Assembly: GCA_002419365.1 (NCBI GenBank)
Contig: DIGA01000067.1
Location: 4,586-68,585 of the forward strand
Direction: 5' to 3'
DNA from: Mageeibacillus sp. UBA5734
GTDB taxonomy: Bacteria > Bacillota > Clostridia > Saccharofermentanales > UBA5734
Length of the DNA: 64,000 bases
Shown here: positions 49,701 to 60,670 of the stretch, piece by piece
How the letters are laid out: each line of letters starts with the position of its first letter
Position numbering within the stretch: the first letter of the stretch is position 1
The notes under the pieces: model-generated
The model's input: only the letters and a program-made list of their open reading frames with translations
Database searches by the model: none
Told to the model about the DNA's origin: nothing
Position numbers and translations under genes: made by a program

Positions 49701-51041
49701 CCCGGATGAGCAGGCCTCGTTGACCATGATGCTGTCAATGACGCCATCGCGGACCTGCATGCATTTCATGTCCTGGCCGCCGATGTCGATGATGAAATCG
49801 ACGCCGGGCAGGAAATGCTCAGCCGAGCGATAGTGGGCCATGGTTTCAATTTCGCCCTCGTCGACACCGAGGGCGGCCTTGATCAGGTTCTCGCCATAGC
49901 CAGTGACACAGGAACGGGCAATCCGCGCCGTCCTGGGCAACTGCTGGTAGAGCTTTTGCAGGATCGTGATCGCGCTTTTGACCGGATCTCCTTTGTTGCT
50001 CGCATAGTACGTGAAGATCAGCTCGCCCTGGCCATCGATCAGGACGGCCTTGGTTGTCGTGCTGCCAGCGTCCAGACCAAAGAAGCAGTCTCCCGTCGCC
50101 TGGGCGATATCCTTGAGCTCGACGGAGGCCTGCTCATGCCGCTTCTGGAAGGCCTGTTTCTCTTCCGGGCTGGCAAAAAGCGGTTTCATGCGGGAAATTT
50201 CAGGTTCGAGGCGGCTGGCGGTGGCAAAGCGGTCCCGGATGGCCTGGATCGGCTCGGGCGAGCCTTTGGCCAGAAGTGCTGCGCCCATGGCCACGTAGAG
50301 CTGGGCTTTGTCCGGGATGGTGAATTTCGCCACCTCTCTGTGCAGGGAACGTTCGAAAGCTTTGCGCAGCTCAGGCAGGAAGTGCAACGGACCACCGAGG
50401 AAAACGACGTGGCCGCGGATGGGTCGCCCGCAGGCCAGGCCGGCGATGGTCTGGTTGACAACCGCCTGGAGGACGGAGGCGGCCAGGTCTTCCTTGGCGG
50501 CGCCATCATTGATCAGGGGCTGCAAATCGCTCTTGGCAAACACCCCGCAGCGCGAAGCGATCGGGTACAGTTGCTGGTAATTGGCTGCCAGCTGGTTCAG
50601 TCCGGTGGCATCCGTCTGTAAGAGGGTGGCCATCTGGTCAATGAAAGCCCCGGTACCGCCGGCACAAGATCCGTTCATCCGCTGCTCAGGACTCGGCTTG
50701 AGGTAGGTGATCTTGGCATCCTCCCCACCGAGCTCGATGATGACATCAGCCGAAGGATCGAAAACCCGGATGGTTTCGGTCTCGGCGATGACCTCCTGGA
50801 CAAAGGGCAGGCCGAGCCATTTGGCCACACTGACGCCACCGGAGCCGGTCACGCTGACCTGGACCTGGGCACCTGGATGGGCATCGGTCAGCTCGGCAAA
50901 AACACGCTCCAGTTCTCCGGCGATGTCCGCGTGATGGCGCCTGTAGCGCGAAAAAACCGTCCGGTAGCCATCGAGCAGAACCACCTTGAGGGTTGTTGAA
51001 CCTATATCGATCCCAAGTTTCAATTGCTGGCTGAAATTCAT
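46719..51041 (-). CDS. Fused double BcrAD/BadFG-type activase ATPase plus 2-hydroxyacyl-CoA-dehydratase-like (HgdB/DUF2229-like) protein
   Basis: About 1440 aa with two actin-fold ATPase starts (LGIDIGSTTLKVVLLDG; FFGLDAGSTTTKAVLIDG). These are followed by about 800 aa of dehydratase-component-like sequence. The start is either ATG 51041 or TTG 51107. Confidence 0.8.
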   Translation of the reverse strand: MNFSQQLKLGIDIGSTTLKVVLLDGYRTVFSRYRRHHADIAGELERVFAELTDAHPGAQVQVSVTGSGGVSVAKWLGLPFVQEVIAETETIRVFDPSADVIIELGGEDAKITYLKPSPEQRMNGSCAGGTGAFIDQMATLLQTDATGLNQLAANYQQLYPIASRCGVFAKSDLQPLINDGAAKEDLAASVLQAVVNQTIAGLACGRPIRGHVVFLGGPLHFLPELRKAFERSLHREVAKFTIPDKAQLYVAMGAALLAKGSPEPIQAIRDRFATASRLEPEISRMKPLFASPEEKQAFQKRHEQASVELKDIAQATGDCFFGLDAGSTTTKAVLIDGQGELIFTYYASNKGDPVKSAITILQKLYQQLPRTARIARSCVTGYGENLIKAALGVDEGEIETMAHYRSAEHFLPGVDFIIDIGGQDMKCMQVRDGVIDSIMVNEACSSGCGSFVQTFAETLHMDAHTFSLEALEAQNPVDLGTRCTVFMNSRVKQAQKEGASVGDISAGLSYSVVRNALYKVIKIKDPSQLGQKVVVQGGTFLNDAILRCFEQVAGREVIRPNIAGLMGAYGAALIARERYAGQATSLMAARELAAFEVQTELTHCELCTNQCQLTISRFSNGERYVSGNRCERGAGEEIHKVTLPNLFDYKYKRLFGYAPLPLEKAPRGVIGIPRTLNLFENYPLWHTFLTELGFRVVLSGRSNHKLFEKGMDSIPSESVCYPAKLAHGHVTDLIEKGIRQIFYPDITYEQQEYTEANNHYNCPIVVSYPEVIRTNVEKIAESSVRLINPFLSLHNRDKLAQRLVDVFAEWKVTSQEVKTALAKGFAELDQVKADIRAKGQEALQFLVDHDCKGIVLSGRPYHVDPEIHHGIPQMINTLGLAVLTEDSVAGLGDLERPLRVVDQWAYHSRLYEAAAFVASQSRLELVQLTSFGCGLDAVTSDQVQEILAAKGKTYTLLKIDEVSNLGAARIRLRSLKAAMDEREKNGPRKVSLASHVIERIPFTREMKKNHTILAPQLSPIHFRMIEAVFNRSGYRTRILENATSEDIETGLKFVNNDACYPSILVVGQLVNALLAGEYDPDNCSVLITQTGGGCRATNYVAFLRKALREAGFPQVPVIALSAGGIEKNPGFTLSPKLLHQAAQALVLGDLLQTVLLRVRPYETKPHSANALYQYWDQVTREWFLNDGYSPLLEKKIAFKSLVEAIVQAFDALPIRPDRDKPRVGIVGEILVKFHPDANNNVIGVVESEGCEAVLPGLLDFFLYSFSNARWNHEQLGTSAKSALVGDTLVRVLELYRRPMVKALQKTSGKFNPPVTIHELGEKARQVLSLGNSSGEGWFLTAEMIELIESGAPNVICAQPFACLPNHVTGKGMIKELRRQFKDANIVAIDYDPGASEVNQLNRIKLMISTAFHQHRLPVEVHITDPSSRKIQPQKLAEDQC

Positions 51042-51172
51042 CTGTGTACCTGTCCAAACAGTGCGGTCATCGACCAAGTTGACATGATATGAAATTTCCA
51101 AATTCAAATTTTAGCATAAAATCCATAGCCCGGCCATACGTCTGGCTACCAAACGATGCTGGAACCTGCTGC

Positions 51173-51709
51173 TCATTTCTTAATCAAGGGGTAGTTCAGG
51201 ACGGTCTGGAAGGGGCAGCACGTGATCACTTCCAGGCTGGCAAGTCGGGTCGTGAATGGCTTGAAAGAGTCGATCAGGGCATCATAGGCGCGGGGCAGCT
51301 CGAGCGGATCCATTTCGAGAACCAGCGTGCAGTGTGGTGTCCATTCCGGCTCCAGATAGAGCGGGGAAAAATCCTGGCACAGCGGGTCCAGGATTTGGTG
51401 GATCTGGCGGTGGAGCGATAAAAGGTCGCCGTTGGCAGCCGGGACCAGATGCAGCACACCCTGCAACCCTGGGAAAATTCCCAGGCTGGAGAACCGGACC
51501 TCGATTTCGGACATGTTTTGCGCCAGCAGATGCAGTGCTGACTCAACCTGGACAAAATCTTCGGTTGAAAACTCCGATAAAGTGATGTGCGGCGCAAAAC
51601 CGAAGCTTTCGTACAGGTCATTGACCCCATGGTCGGCCAGCCTGCGCATCCAGTGCCGGACCATGAAGTCCCCTGTGGGTTCAAATCCTGCGATCAAAGC
51701 ATAATCCAT
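51173..51709 (-). CDS. 2H phosphoesterase superfamily protein (LigT / 2'-5' RNA ligase-like)
   Basis: 178 aa with two HxT motifs (FAPHITLSEF and WTPHCTLVLE). TATGAT lies 6 nt upstream of the ATG and there is no SD, so the transcript may be leaderless. Confidence 0.75.
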   Translation of the reverse strand: MDYALIAGFEPTGDFMVRHWMRRLADHGVNDLYESFGFAPHITLSEFSTEDFVQVESALHLLAQNMSEIEVRFSSLGIFPGLQGVLHLVPAANGDLLSLHRQIHQILDPLCQDFSPLYLEPEWTPHCTLVLEMDPLELPRAYDALIDSFKPFTTRLASLEVITCCPFQTVLNYPLIKK

Positions 51710-51764
51710 CGTTCCATCATAGCAAAGAGATGGCTATTGGTCACCCTGCTCCGGTAAATTCCAT

Positions 51765-51793
51765 GAAAAAACCTGGCTGACGGATCAGCCAGG
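51765..51793 (-). terminator. Intrinsic terminator after the 85-aa gene
   Basis: The minus strand reads CCTGGCTGA-TCCG-TCAGCCAGG followed by TTTTTT. Confidence 0.75.
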
Positions 51794-51827
51794 CATTCTG
51801 GTTCATTCTCCCGATGACCTGAACGGA

Positions 51828-52085
51828 TTACTCTTCAGTGACTTCGCCGAACAGGTTGAGGCGGAAGAGATAGGACTCGTCTTCCTGGTCGTCACAATAG
51901 ATCTTGGCGTCGACGACGCGGCCGCCCTCGATCAGGTTGATGATACCGGCAAGCTGGCTCAGCTTGCTCTTGAGGTTGAAACGGTCGTTCTCGGCGGTGA
52001 CCAGCATGACATTGCCTTTGCAATTGTCGAGGGCCTGCAGGAATTTCTTGACGTCGATGTTGTTCATGCTAAATGAACGTCCCAT
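51828..52085 (-). CDS. Hypothetical small acidic protein (85 aa)
   Basis: A strong SD AAGGAGGA lies 8 nt upstream of the ATG. The gene has its own promoter (TTGATT, 16 nt spacer, TATAAT at 52202-52175) and its own terminator. I recognise no motif. Confidence 0.65.
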   Translation of the reverse strand: MGRSFSMNNIDVKKFLQALDNCKGNVMLVTAENDRFNLKSKLSQLAGIINLIEGGRVVDAKIYCDDQEDESYLFRLNLFGEVTEE

Positions 52086-52262
52086 GGTTGTATCCTCCTT
52101 ATGATGGACATAGGTTAATTTTCAGATAAGTGCGAATGGTTGTGGGCAATAAATTGAAACCATTCACGAGTTTCATTATAAACCGTTGGTGTTTGGAATC
52201 AATTGACGAATCCATCAAATTAATGAGCACATTTCCGTGATTTCATGCGAATGTGCCCATTT

Positions 52263-52484
52263 TCAGGGCTCGATCTGGCCGAGAAAATCGTATCCGGCTT
52301 CGGCAATGGCTTCGGCTGCCTCGTCCATGTTGAAATAGGCTTCCTCGATTTCCAAGGTGGCCCGGCCGCTGGCGAGGTCTACGGAGACTGAAATGACACC
52401 GGGTAATTCCTGCAAAGCCTGGGTGACATGAGCAACACAATGCTGGCAGCTCATACCGCCGATTTTCAAAAGCAGTGGATTCAT
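52263..52484 (-). CDS. Heavy-metal-associated (CopZ-like) metallochaperone
   Basis: MNPLLLKIGGMSCQHCVAHVTQAL.. with the MxCxxC motif. The ATG at 52484 follows SD GGGAGGA. No cognate P-type ATPase is nearby. Confidence 0.85.
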   Translation of the reverse strand: MNPLLLKIGGMSCQHCVAHVTQALQELPGVISVSVDLASGRATLEIEEAYFNMDEAAEAIAEAGYDFLGQIEP

Positions 52485-52562
52485 GATACGTTCCTCCCTG
52501 TCAGTCTGCATGAGACTATGGACATCATTTTCCATTAGATTAGCAGATCCGGAGCGCAAGAA

Positions 52563-52590
52563 AAAGGACCGTCGTTACGACAGTCCTTTC
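52563..52590 (-). terminator. Intrinsic terminator after tRNA-Thr
   Basis: The minus strand reads AAAGGACTGTCGTAACGACGGTCCTTTTT (stem GGACTGTCG with CGACGGTCC, including a G-U pair). Confidence 0.65.
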
Positions 52591-52597
52591 ACCTTGC

Positions 52598-52672
52598 TGG
52601 AGCCGCTGGTGGGAATCGGACCCACGACCTATTCATTACGAGTGAATTGCTCTACCCCTGAGCCACAGCGGC
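52598..52672 (-). tRNA. tRNA-Thr (anticodon CGT), encoded CCA
   Basis: Hand-folded cloverleaf. Acceptor GCCGCTG/CAGCGGC, D arm GCTC..GAGC, anticodon stem ATTCA/TGAAT with loop CTCGTAA, T arm GTGGG/CCCAC. Confidence 0.88.
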
Positions 52673-52685
52673 AATTGCCTTGTCT

Positions 52686-52713
52686 ATTTTAACATGAAAC
52701 ACTTTTCTGTCAA
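52686..52713 (-). promoter_or_regulatory. Sigma-70 promoter for tRNA-Thr
   Basis: On the minus strand: TTGACA (52713-52708), 16 nt spacer, TAAAAT (52691-52686). It ends 13 nt before the tRNA 5' end. Confidence 0.5.
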
Positions 52714-52770
52714 GCAAGTGCTCGGCTGGTTGTTGTTGATCAGAGCAAGCTGATGATCCTGCTGATGGGC

Positions 52771-54105
52771 TCAGGTCATGCTGTTCAGGCGGGTGGCACT
52801 GCGCAAGGCGTCGTGCTTGATCTTTTCTTCGTCCAAAGTCTGGAGTCCATGCTTGTACATCAGCCACTGGCCATCGACCATCAGGGATTCCACTGCGGAT
52901 CCTTCACTTGAATAGACGAGGGCGGCGTTCGGCTCACCGAGAGGCCACAGGCTGGGCCGGTCCGCATCGAGGATCTGCAGATCGGCCTGGTAGCCGGGCG
53001 CGATGCAGCCCGAGCGGGCAAAGCCAAGGCCCTGCTGGGCAGTGAGTGTGGCCATGCGGATGAGGTCATCTGCCGGGAGTACGGATGCATCGCCGGTAGT
53101 GCCTTTTGCCAGCAGGGATGCCAGTTTCATTTCCTGGTACAGGTTCAGGTTATTGTTGCTCGCAGCTCCATCCGTTCCCAGACCGACCTTGACACCGGCA
53201 GCCAGCATGGACCTGACATCGGCCATCCCGCTGCCCAGCTTGAGATTGCTGGTTGGACAATGGGCGACCAGAATGTTGGCACCAGCCAGGATGGATCGTT
53301 CCTGGTCATCGAGGTGGACACAGTGGGCCGCCACGGTCGGCGTCTGGAAAAAGCCGAACTCAGCCAGTTGCACAGCCGGACGCTGGCCATAGGTGGCCAG
53401 ACACTCGTTGACCTCCCGGGAAGTCTCTCCGATATGGACTTGGACGAAGCACTGCTGCTCGACAGCCACCTGGGCCAGTTCCCGGTACAGATACGGTTCG
53501 TAGAGGTAGATCGAATGGACCAGCAACGCTGGCTCAATCCTGCCCGCGCCCTGAGACCGGCACAGGTGGATGAAGCGCTCGATGTCGCCGGGCTGGACAT
53601 GGGTCTTGCCATCGGGACCCTCAGCCTTGCCATCAAAACAGACATTCAAGCGCATGCCGGATGCCACGGCCGCCTCCACCACCGCTTCACTGTAGTAATA
53701 CATGTCCGCGGCTGTCCCCGTTCCGGCCCGGATCATTTCAGCCATGCCGAGCAGGGTGCCATTTTTGACATGCTCGGGGGTGAGGTGTTTTTCGCGCGGG
53801 AAAATCAGATCAAAGAGCCAGGTGTGGAGATTGGCATCATCAGCCTGGTTGCGCATCAGGGTCATCGGGATATGGCCATGGGCATTGGCCATCGCCGGCC
53901 AGAGGATCTTGCGCCGGCCGTCATAGCTGTCGTAGCGGTTGCCGACGGTTTCATTCAGGCGCTGGCGGGCAGCCTCTTCATACGGCCCGGCATAGAGGAT
54001 CTGGCCATTGGCCACCGCAACAAAAGCATTGGATAAAGACAGGACCGGACCTTCTGGCAAAGGGGTGACAAGCTGGATATGGGAAAAAAGCACAGCTGAT
54101 TGCAT
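52771..54105 (-). CDS. mtaD: Amidohydrolase of the 5-methylthioadenosine / S-adenosylhomocysteine deaminase family
   Basis: About 444 aa with the metal motif NAHGHIPMT and downstream HxxE / TDG.. motifs (GLGTDGAASNN). The ATG at 54105 follows SD AAGGAG. Confidence 0.82.
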   Translation of the reverse strand: MQSAVLFSHIQLVTPLPEGPVLSLSNAFVAVANGQILYAGPYEEAARQRLNETVGNRYDSYDGRRKILWPAMANAHGHIPMTLMRNQADDANLHTWLFDLIFPREKHLTPEHVKNGTLLGMAEMIRAGTGTAADMYYYSEAVVEAAVASGMRLNVCFDGKAEGPDGKTHVQPGDIERFIHLCRSQGAGRIEPALLVHSIYLYEPYLYRELAQVAVEQQCFVQVHIGETSREVNECLATYGQRPAVQLAEFGFFQTPTVAAHCVHLDDQERSILAGANILVAHCPTSNLKLGSGMADVRSMLAAGVKVGLGTDGAASNNNLNLYQEMKLASLLAKGTTGDASVLPADDLIRMATLTAQQGLGFARSGCIAPGYQADLQILDADRPSLWPLGEPNAALVYSSEGSAVESLMVDGQWLMYKHGLQTLDEEKIKHDALRSATRLNSMT

Positions 54106-54169
54106 GGGAACACTCCTTAAACAAAGGCTCGGTTCTGCCATGAGGGCAGAACCAGCAGATTGCATCCGG

Positions 54170-55429
54170 TCATTCGGCTTCCGTGAGGTCCCAGTTGGCC
54201 AGATAATGAGCCTGCTCAGGCGTCAGGACATCAATCGATCGCTTTTTGTGTTCAAGCAGCAGGGCTGCCACCCGGTCATCGATGGCCGCCGGCAGATGGT
54301 AGACGCCAGGCTTGAGATCTCTGCCGTGTTCAGCCAGGTAGAGGACCGACAAGGCCTGGAGGGCAAAACTCATGTCCATGATCTCTGCCGGATGACCATC
54401 GCCGCCAGCCAGATTGACCAGGCGACCTTCAGCCAGGACATTCAGGCGGCGACCGTCGGGCTGCACATAGGCCTTGACACCGGGGCGGGCCTGTTCCACC
54501 GCTGTGGACAGGGCCCTGAGCTGGCCCAGATTGATTTCAACATCAAAATGGCCGGCATTGCACAGGATGGCGCCGTTTTTCATCTGCGGGAAATGGCGTT
54601 CGGTGATGACATCGCGGCAGCCGGTGACGGTGCAGAAGACATCGCCCACGGGAGCGGCTTCGTCCATGCTCATGACATCATAGCCTTCCATCAGGGCTTC
54701 GCAAGCCTTGACGGGATCGATCTCGGTCACGACGACCCGGGCACCAAGCCCGGCGGCCCGCTGGGCCACGCCTTTGCCACACATGCCAAAGCCATTGACC
54801 ACCACAGTCTTGCCGGCTACAACCAGATTGGTCAAGCTCATGATCGCGGTCCAGACCGACTGGCCGGTGCCATAACGGTTGTCGAACAAATGTTTGCAGC
54901 GGGCATCGTTGACTGCGATGGACGGATAGAGCAGCTTGCCTTCCTTTTCCAGGATCCGCAGGCGTTTGACCCCGGTTGTCGTCTCTTCACTGCCGCCGAT
55001 CAGGTCCTTGGTGAGGTGTTTTTCCGTCGTGTGCAGCAGGTGGGCAAAATCGCCGCCATCGTCAATCACCAGATGGGGCTTGATCGACAAGGCCTGGCGC
55101 AGATTCCGGGTATAGGTTTCATGATCGGCGCCATGGATGCAATAAACCGCCATGCCTTCCTCGGCCAGCGCTGCGGCGACATCGTCCTGGGTTGACAGCG
55201 GATTACAGCCGGTCAGGCTGACCTCTGCCCCACCCTTTGCCAGGGTTTTGGCCAGCCAGGCGGTCTTGGCTTCGACGTGGACACTGACGGCTATGCGCAA
55301 GCCGGACAAGGGCCTGGTCCGGGCGAATTCAACGCCGATGCTGCCAAGCACCGGCATATTGGCTGCGGCCCAGGCGATCTTCTGGTGGCCTGAAGGGGCC
55401 AGGTTGATATCTTTGATTTCGTAAGGCAT
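54170..55429 (-). CDS. ahcY: Adenosylhomocysteinase-family hydrolase (short form, 419 aa)
   Basis: MPYEIKDINLAPSGHQKIAWA...SEETTTGV...NGFGMCGKGVA (NAD site). The ATG at 55429 follows SD AGGAG. The 523-aa ORF-track version is a 5' extension. Confidence 0.92.
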   Translation of the reverse strand: MPYEIKDINLAPSGHQKIAWAAANMPVLGSIGVEFARTRPLSGLRIAVSVHVEAKTAWLAKTLAKGGAEVSLTGCNPLSTQDDVAAALAEEGMAVYCIHGADHETYTRNLRQALSIKPHLVIDDGGDFAHLLHTTEKHLTKDLIGGSEETTTGVKRLRILEKEGKLLYPSIAVNDARCKHLFDNRYGTGQSVWTAIMSLTNLVVAGKTVVVNGFGMCGKGVAQRAAGLGARVVVTEIDPVKACEALMEGYDVMSMDEAAPVGDVFCTVTGCRDVITERHFPQMKNGAILCNAGHFDVEINLGQLRALSTAVEQARPGVKAYVQPDGRRLNVLAEGRLVNLAGGDGHPAEIMDMSFALQALSVLYLAEHGRDLKPGVYHLPAAIDDRVAALLLEHKKRSIDVLTPEQAHYLANWDLTEAE

Positions 55430-55473
55430 GCGTGGCTCCTGTTTGAAATGGGGTGAGTTGGGTTGCCAGCTGG

Positions 55474-56316
55474 TTACAGGCGGTTGAGAATTGCCGAGAG
55501 CAGGTCGATCATGCGGCCACTGGCCATCCGTCCGACCTCGAGAACCTCGCTGTGGCTGAGTGGCTGGCCGGAAAGCCCGGCCGCCAGATTGGTGATGCAG
55601 GACAGGCCCAGGACATTCATCGCGCAGTGGCGGGCCACGATGGCTTCCGGTACGGTCGACATGCCGGCGGCCGCTGCACCCAGCTGGCGCAGGAGGCGGA
55701 TTTCGGCTGGTGTTTCGAACTGCGGCCCTTTGCAGAAACAATAGACGCCCTGGTGCAAGGTCTGGCCCAGGTCCCTGGCTGCCGCCTGAGTCAGGCTGAT
55801 CAAGTTCTTGCTGTAGACCTCGGTCTGGTCAATGAAGCGCTCACCGAAAGGATCGAGATTCATGCCCCGCAGCGGCGATTCCATGAACAGGCTGATGTGG
55901 TCCGTGATCTGCATCAGGTCACCGGGTGCCATTCCCTCCCCCATGCCTCCGGCGGCATTGGTCAGGATCACGGTCTTGACGCCGAGTGTCGCCATGACGC
56001 GGATCGGAAAGGTCACTTCACTCATGGCATGGCCTTCGTAATAATGGAAACGGCCCTGCATGACGGCAATGCGCCGGCTCCCCCACTGGCCAAGGTGCAG
56101 TTTGCCGGCATGTCCCGGTACCGTCGCCTGGGGAAAACCGGGAATCGTTTCATAGTCGATCACGGTAGCGGCGGCGACACGGTCAGCCAGGGCACCGAGA
56201 CCGGAGCCCAGGATGAGAAGGCAGTCAATGGGACCCGGCGCTGATGCCGAAATGAAGGTTGCCGCTTGCTGGATCCGGGCCAGGTAGTCATCGCGCGTAT
56301 TCTGTAATGCAGACAT
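55474..56316 (-). CDS. punA: Purine nucleoside phosphorylase (PNP/PunA type)
   Basis: About 280 aa: ..LLILGSGLG...HAGKLHLG...GRFHYYEG...GPQFETPAE...GMSTVPE.. The ATG at 56316 follows SD GGAGGAG. Confidence 0.88.
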   Translation of the reverse strand: MSALQNTRDDYLARIQQAATFISASAPGPIDCLLILGSGLGALADRVAAATVIDYETIPGFPQATVPGHAGKLHLGQWGSRRIAVMQGRFHYYEGHAMSEVTFPIRVMATLGVKTVILTNAAGGMGEGMAPGDLMQITDHISLFMESPLRGMNLDPFGERFIDQTEVYSKNLISLTQAAARDLGQTLHQGVYCFCKGPQFETPAEIRLLRQLGAAAAGMSTVPEAIVARHCAMNVLGLSCITNLAAGLSGQPLSHSEVLEVGRMASGRMIDLLSAILNRL

Positions 56317-56374
56317 ATCGGTCTTCTCCTCCATTTGATCTGGCTTTGATCGGCTGCCTATGCCATCAGCCTGG

Positions 56375-59242
<2,868 letters not shown>

Positions 59243-59245
59243 GGA

Positions 59246-59554
59246 TCAGGTTCCTTTCACATCGGTGTCTGTTTCGAGCCGGTCCAGGACCAGCTTGTAG
59301 CCATCGGCGCCATATTCCAGGCAGCGGTTGACCCGGCTGATCGTGGCCGTGCTGACACCAGTCGTATCACAGATCTCGGTGTATGTTTTCCTGTGGCGCA
59401 GCATGCGCGCGACCTGGAGACGCTGGGCCAGCGATTTGATCTCCGAAATGGTGCAGATATCCTCGAAAAAACGGTCGCACTCTGATTCATCCTCCAAGCT
59501 CAGGATGGCTTGATACAGGAAGTGTGTGTCCGAATCCTTGAATTTTTGCTTCAT
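59246..59554 (-). CDS. YerC/YecD (TrpR-like) family DNA-binding protein
   Basis: About 102 aa: ..CDRFFEDICTISEIKSLAQRLQVARML...TGVSTATISRVNRCL.. The ATG at 59554 follows SD GAGAGGTGG. A candidate promoter TTGTAT, 17 nt spacer, TATCAT lies upstream. Confidence 0.8.
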   Translation of the reverse strand: MKQKFKDSDTHFLYQAILSLEDESECDRFFEDICTISEIKSLAQRLQVARMLRHRKTYTEICDTTGVSTATISRVNRCLEYGADGYKLVLDRLETDTDVKGT

Positions 59555-59650
59555 CTGGACCACCTCTCGGCTGGTTTGCTGCTCTGTTTCTTGAAGTACG
59601 TTCAAATGATACCGCAACCCTTTTGAAGATACAAGGCAACCATCCGGAAG

Positions 59651-60670
59651 CTAACGTGTGTCCGGCTGGCTGTCTTTAACGGCTGAAGACTGGCTGATTC
59701 CATACCGTTTGACCTCGAGGGAAACCCCCAGGCTGCGGGCTTTCTGGCCCAGATCTGACAAGGCCTCGTCCAGCCAAGTCTGGCTGCTATTCTCTGGAAT
59801 GACGAGCAGAAGTCGGCGGGAATGGATCTCTGCGCCGGAGATGGCCAAACTGGTTTCACCTCGTTTATAGTCGGCGCCGGAAAAGGAGGCCAGCAGATTC
59901 AGGCGCCTGACCACCGCCTGTGTCACTTCACGCCTGTCCTGATAAGTCGACGCTTCCAGATCGATGCTGTGGATGGCTGTGGCCTCACTGTTGTGCCAGA
60001 TCGCGATCACAGGAAAATCTTCCGGCAGATTGGCCTGGAACAACGCCCGGATGGCTTTGCCACGGGTAAAATTGTCCAGTGCCCAGATCGATGCGCCAGG
60101 CTCGTCTGGCTTGCTGTTTCCGGCGGTTTTGCTGCGACCAGGCCACACAGGGATCACGGAGCGGATGGTCATCCGAAAGGGATAGCCAGACCACGAGCTT
60201 TGCTGTGACACCAGGAGCCAGGCCCGATGCTTGTCGGATTCCCAAATGATGTCGACGTGTGATGCATCGGCCAGTCCAGACCGTGTACCGTCCTGTTGCA
60301 GCCAATACTGGATCCGGGAGCGGGCAAAAACCTGCAAACCAGCCGTTTCTACCGCCCCCACCCATTCTGAGATCTCCTCCTCAACATCAGATTCGAGCGA
60401 AGGGATCCATGAGCCTAAGTCCGTTTTGTCCAGAATGAACGCTGCAAGGCTCGACTCCAGCCAACCCTGTCCGTGATGGAGCATCGGCAGGACCAGTGCA
60501 ATTTCAGCGGCGGCCCGATCGACGGCACGGGTCAAATCGAGCTTGTCTTGTTCATGGACCAGACCATGGAGAAAGAGGGCGATTAAAAACAGGACCGGTG
60601 GTACGGCCAGGGCAGCCTCGAGGGCAATGCTTCCCTTTCTTGTCCTGGACGAACGTCTATTGCAGCGCAT
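59651..60670 (-). CDS. Hypothetical protein with a TadE-like N-terminal signal-anchor (module gene 3)
   Basis: I prefer the start MRCNRRSSRTRKGSIALEAALAVPPVLFLIALF.. (GGAG 7 nt upstream), which overlaps the gene 2 stop by 14 nt. I cannot assign the remaining ~300 aa to any family. Confidence 0.6.
   Translation of the reverse strand: MRCNRRSSRTRKGSIALEAALAVPPVLFLIALFLHGLVHEQDKLDLTRAVDRAAAEIALVLPMLHHGQGWLESSLAAFILDKTDLGSWIPSLESDVEEEISEWVGAVETAGLQVFARSRIQYWLQQDGTRSGLADASHVDIIWESDKHRAWLLVSQQSSWSGYPFRMTIRSVIPVWPGRSKTAGNSKPDEPGASIWALDNFTRGKAIRALFQANLPEDFPVIAIWHNSEATAIHSIDLEASTYQDRREVTQAVVRRLNLLASFSGADYKRGETSLAISGAEIHSRRLLLVIPENSSQTWLDEALSDLGQKARSLGVSLEVKRYGISQSSAVKDSQPDTR

Noticed and set aside
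59651-60100. The C-terminal ~130 aa of module gene 3 (..LPEDFPVIAIWHNSEATAIHSIDLEAS..RRLLLVIPEN..) reminded me of restriction-endonuclease-fold toxin domains (FPVID ... S-x-K pattern).
   Set aside because: The would-be catalytic Asp and Lys positions are not present (A and D instead). The resemblance rests on a few residues from memory and is not supportable without profile or structure comparison.
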